This document shows positions 59,515 to 64,000 of a stretch of DNA of 64,000 nt, piece after piece. The stretch covers positions 9,796,001-9,860,000 of the forward strand of contig JBHGNT010000012.1 of assembly GCA_043228905.1 (NCBI GenBank), given 5' to 3'. The stretch is from Azolla caroliniana. Its lineage: Eukaryota; Plantae; Polypodiophyta. The notes beneath the pieces were generated by a model. That model was not told the origin of the DNA. It did no database searches and saw only the letters and a list, made by a program, of their open reading frames with translations. The first letter of the stretch is position 1. Every line of letters starts with the position of its first letter. A program made the position numbers and the translations under genes.

Positions 59515-60263
59515 TGTTGGGAGACAGGTCCCTCCGGATGGGAAGGGAGAAAAACAGTGCCGATGAACAAACTCGGCCGAAACCGTATGAGGTGGACCCG
59601 GCTACGGAGAGCCGGATGATACAGACCCGGTGAAGACTGGATGAGGAGTCCCCGGCTACGGAGAGCCGGATGGTGCAGACCCGGTGTGAACCGGATGAGG
59701 AGCACCCGGCTACGGAGAGCCGGATGGTGCAGACCCGGTGTGAACCGGATGAGGAGCACCCGGCTACGAAGAGCCGGATGACGCAGACCTGGTGAGAACC
59801 GGAGGAAGAGACATATTCGTAAATATGTTTCTGAGAGCCCATCGTGGCTATATTTGTAAATAGCCGAAAAGTCATATTAGTATAAATATGACTTAGGGCA
59901 AACCTTTTATGAGTTGTTGTCATTTTCTTGTTGGTGCAAGAAGAAGAGAGAACACGTAACAGTGTACAGAGAAAGAGAGAGAGAGAAAGAGGTCGTTGCC
60001 TCTGTTGTAACCGCCGCCTGTGGCGAAGATCTGTGAGCACGAGGTCATTGCCTCAGTGAACTCACTATTGTACATTCTTACATAGTGACAGTTTGCAGCC
60101 TATGGGCTGCCGTGGTTTTTCCCCTAAGTTTGGGGTTTTCCACGTAAACCTCCTGTGTATCTTCCTCTTCTTTGTGTCGTGTTTTATTTCCCGTTTTTCT
60201 GTGTATCATTCTAAGCTCGGTTGTGGCCGAGCGTTGCGCATAAGGAGCATTGAGTTCCCGTCA
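59515..60263 (+). mobile_element. Solo LTR (family J) with four 54-bp repeats
   Basis: Perfect TSD CCGGG; TATAAATA at 59881 downstream of the repeats. Confidence 0.95.
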
Positions 60264-62965
60264 CCGGGGACGACATGACTTCGACCAGTGGGTAGCATCG
60301 GCAAAGACCCACCGGGGTGCCAATATGGGAGAGGGTACGTCAGTACCACGGGAGAGGGTGCAGAGTAAACCGCCCTCTCGGCATGCGGAAAAGGACGACC
60401 CGGGACAGGGTCAGGAAGACAAATCGGAGGCCCAAGGAGGATCCTTGACACCGGTTCTAGAGACTTCGGCAGTCAGCAACGCGGTCGATCTAAGATCAAG
60501 ATACTGACGGTGGCGGCGAGGTGATGAAGGCAAAGGGCTACGGATGGGCGGTCTACGGAGATCCTCACACCGATCCGGCGGTCGGCCCAAGAGCCGGCGT
60601 GAGTCCTATAGGGAAGATCGGTGGCTGCAGGAGAACGTGATCGAACAACAGGAGGCGACGAGTGGAAAGGAGGTATCAGGCCGGCGAGGCGGCCACGAAC
60701 CAAATCGGACCTTCCGGCAAGGTCAGTGGGTGTAAGGAAGCCGGTCCTACGAGATCCCCACACTTAACCAGAGACTCTGGCAGTTCGGCCAACGTGGCAA
60801 CATGAGACCAAGAGAGAAGGTTGGTGGCGGCGGGAAACGGGACCCGACTACGCGGAAGACACGAGGAGAGTCCGGGAGGGACTCAAACAAAAGACACCCG
60901 AATTTCGGCAAGCATAGAAACGGAGTCGGGTCCTATGGGACCCTCACACCGATCCGGAGACTCCAGCAGTTCGGCCAACGTGGCAACGTGGCAGGGAACG
61001 GGACCCGACGACACGAGGTAGCGGATAGGGAGCCGGTAAGACGGGCGGACGAAGTGTGAAACCCTCACCGGCCGGTTACGGTTTCGGAAGGAGCCGGTAG
61101 GGGCAAACACGGGGAGGTGTGTCAGGCCGGAAAGGCACACCTGGGACGGAACAAGAGTCTCGCAAGTGGCCATCGCGGGCCAGATCGAAGCGTGACTGTG
61201 GGACGATGTTCGGCGCAGGCGGAAGACGGCAAAGGGAGGTGTCGGGAACGAGGTGACGAGTGCGTAGTGGATTGCACAGGGTCGGAGTCAGGGGATGACA
61301 AGAGACGCCGGAGGAGGATCCTCCACACTCGCTTCGTAGATCTCGGGAGCTCCGTCGAAGTAGCGAAGACTGACACGGCAAGCCCGGGGTGACAAGCTGG
61401 TGGGGGCCAGGGGACAACGGCAAGAGGAAGACTCAGGACCTGTTGCAGCAGCACGAAGACGGGAAGGGCCAAGAGGGCTACTACGGGGTGTTCCTCGGAT
61501 GCGAAGGACACCAGTATGCGGGTGAGCGGCGATGCACGATCTGGCCGGAAAAGGGGGGCCGACAAGGTGTGCAATGAACCGGAGTATGGCACCGGCAGTG
61601 CCAAACAACGGACGAGGGTATGTGGCACACGGAGGTGCCGGAGCGAAAGGCGAGCACGGAGATAGGTTGTGCGGTTTGGAGGTAGCGCGGAGAAGGCCAG
61701 AAAGGGATCCTCCACACCGTTCCGGAGACCATGGCGGTTCGAGCTGACGCGGGAATGTAAGACCATGGAGAAGGAAGGTGGTGGCGAGAGGACGAGGGCA
61801 ACGCGAAACAACATGGGACGACAATCAGCACGACGTGAATGATCAACTGAGGCCAAGCGGGCTGCTACGGGCGTTCCCCAAGCGGAGGACATCGGGCATA
61901 CGACGGGGAGCGGGGCGTTCATACGACCGAACAAGGGCCAGCGGAAGTACGCGTACTACGGAGATCGCGGCAGAGGACCCATCTACGGGTCGAACGAGCC
62001 TACGGGGAGGTAAGCGTGAAGGAAGAACCGAAGCCGACGGATCAAACCGGCAGTGAGCCAGGATGCGGATTACGGAAGACCGGTTTCTCACCGGCCGAAA
62101 TCTCTCACCCTTCACCGGATTTGGCACGTACCGGTGGACGTGCGATTAGGTGGGGGCAGATATCGTGAAGAATTTCGGCCAGAGGCAGAAACCAGGAAAC
62201 ATTGGCTACATCAGCGGGGTGCAGCATGTGTGCTCACCCGTGTACATTTAGTGTGAATAACGAGGGCACCTTTATGGCGCCGAAGAGTAGTCAAGTCGGG
62301 ACAGACGATCCCATGTAAGTCGGGATTTATCCCACATTATAACACATCCCTCTCCTTGTTCTATAAAAGGAAGGGAGCACCCTTTGTGAAAGGGGTTGCC
62401 CATTTTGTGTTAGAGGGTATACCGTTAGATTTAGGGTTAGTTACATTTCTTCTTCTTCTTCTTCTTCTTCTTCTTCTTCTCCCCCTTCGTGTTCGCTTAG
62501 GGTTTGCTTCAGCTCGTCTCCTGCGCAAGACCCCGCTTGGCGCGACAAGCCCGTGAGCTCCCCGACCGAGTGCTTGGCAGCTGACGACTACTGTAACCTA
62601 CCTTGGTCCAGCTTGGAGCCGGGAATGTATTCTTCCTCTTATATATATACATTTGCGTCTGTCTGTGTATATTCGCGTCTTTGTTGGTGTCGGGTGCTTC
62701 CCCTTTCCGGCGTTTCCTATACATAAGGGCGTGAGCCGGGTCGGCCGGTGTGTGTGTGTGTGTATGTGTGTGTGCATGCGTGTGTGTGCGTGAGTCGGCG
62801 TTAAGCGCGCACTCCCTCTCTTTCTCTCTCTCCCTTCGGTTGCTTCCGGTGTGCTTCTGGAATGGCCCGGAAACGGTGAAGTACGACTTCCTATGCTCCG
62901 TCACTCCCTAGTCCAAGACCCCCGTGGTCCCGCCTTTCTCCACGCATGCGCGTAACAACGCGACA

Positions 62966-63374
62966 ACGGATTCGACAGCTCAAGCGAAGGCCGGAGGACG
63001 TGGAACGGGCCACGAAGAAGCTTCGGTTGGCAAGGTTGAAGAACAAAGGGTGGTTTGACCGGACTCACCGACTGCAACCGAAGAAAATTGAGGAAGGCGA
63101 CTGGGTCCTAGTGTATGACAGTAGCCTCGACAACCAGCACAGGGCAACGCGGAAGTTTACAAGGAGGTGGTTCGGGCCTTACGTGGTGACAGGCACCAAC
63201 GACAACGAGACCTACCATCTTGCGGAGCTCGACGGTACGAGGATAGCAATACCAGTAGCGGGGAAGAGGGTCAAAGCATTTAAGAAACGACATGAGTGCA
63301 AGCCGGATCCGGAAAGCATGGACGGCGACGACGGGCGGTCCAAGGCGGATGACGAACTGGAAGACGGGGAGTAA
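62966..63374 (+). pseudogene. Integrase C-terminus of D
   Basis: EGDWVLVYDSSLD..RWFGPYVV; acidic tail, no chromodomain. Confidence 0.93.
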
Positions 63375-64000
63375 AGCAAGGACCGGTTTTCTCCAGCAAA
63401 GGCCCAATTTTGGCGCATACTGGTGGATGCGCGGTTAGGTGGGGGCGGATGTCGTGAAGGAAACTACCCCTAGGCGGAAACCGAGTTTAGCGTGTGGAAA
63501 CCAGCCCTTACATGCGAGCACACCTTCCATTTTATAGTAAGTAGGTAGGTACAAGTCGGCTGAGGTGAAATCCTACGTAGCACAAATTCAATAGGGAGAA
63601 GTTAATGTGATGTAACGAGTGATAACGACCTCCCTCCTTGGGCTATAAAAGAGAGGGAGAAGAATGGAAAAGATATCGCGCGTTAGAGAGGACGCAGTGC
63701 TGCCGGACTAGGACCGAGCCCTTCTCCTCTGCCACTCTCCAGATCCATTTTGGCGCAGGTTCTCGGGAGGCTGACTCTGCTCCGTGGAACGCCCGTGTGC
63801 TTCCGACAGAGTCTCCATCTCGCTCTTGTGCGTGCGAGTGAACAGGCGTCAGTGTTCTCCTTGCCGGCTTGTTAGTTGTAAACGTCTTGATATACATATA
63901 AATTTATATACATATGTGTTCTTATACACCGGCTTCTAGTCGTCTCGTTTACTGTGTTGTTGGACTGTGATTCCTGTGTGCTCCTGTGTCCCTGCGTGTG

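Larger units (their letters stand above)
58305..62965 (+). mobile_element. Element E: non-autonomous tRNA-Trp-primed LTR element nested in integrase of D
   Basis: LTRs 58305-59136 and 62161-62965, PBS at 59141, PPT 62145-62160, perfect 4-bp TSD ACGG; (CTT)n and (GT)n tracts in LTRs. Confidence 0.95.
53047..64000 (+). mobile_element. Element D: tRNA-Trp-primed gypsy element (C family), runs off the window
   Basis: 5' LTR 53047-53704, PBS at 53709, PPT before 63450, 3' LTR from 63450 to window end. Confidence 0.95.

Overview
Eukaryotic nuclear DNA, most likely from a non-seed land plant such as a moss (inferred from plant-type tRNAs and retroelement proteins), with no host protein-coding gene. 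The ground layer is a degenerate tandem array of tRNA-Leu(TAG) units (1-945, resuming 21409-~23060), a ~45-bp minisatellite, copia debris and a tRNA-His(GTG)-containing repeat (~51920-53046). About 90% of the window is nested transposons. (1) A 20.5-kb non-chromovirus gypsy element A (946-21408, minus, TSD GTACA) contains a 3.9-kb TIR element with no TSD and a copia element B that carries two solo LTRs. (2) A related gypsy F (~23177-50007) contains a tRNA-Trp-primed gypsy C, which contains non-autonomous H, which contains deleted gypsy G. (3) A second tRNA-Trp-primed gypsy D (53047 to beyond the window end) sits inside a tRNA-His gene and contains non-autonomous E. Most notable: all three A/F/G-family elements lack a polypurine tract and instead carry, 2 nt before the 3' LTR, a sense copy of the 3' end of tRNA-Arg(TCT) including CCA, i.e. 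a second inverted primer-binding site, suggesting tRNA-primed plus-strand synthesis. They also carry a ~1000-codon coiled-coil accessory ORF. Other highlights: CpG-centred 4-bp TSDs for the Trp-primed lineage, a covarying hairpin before its PPT, tRNA-like Pol III cassettes inside two solo LTRs, and the TSD-less TIR transposon. All coordinates and alignments were read by eye.
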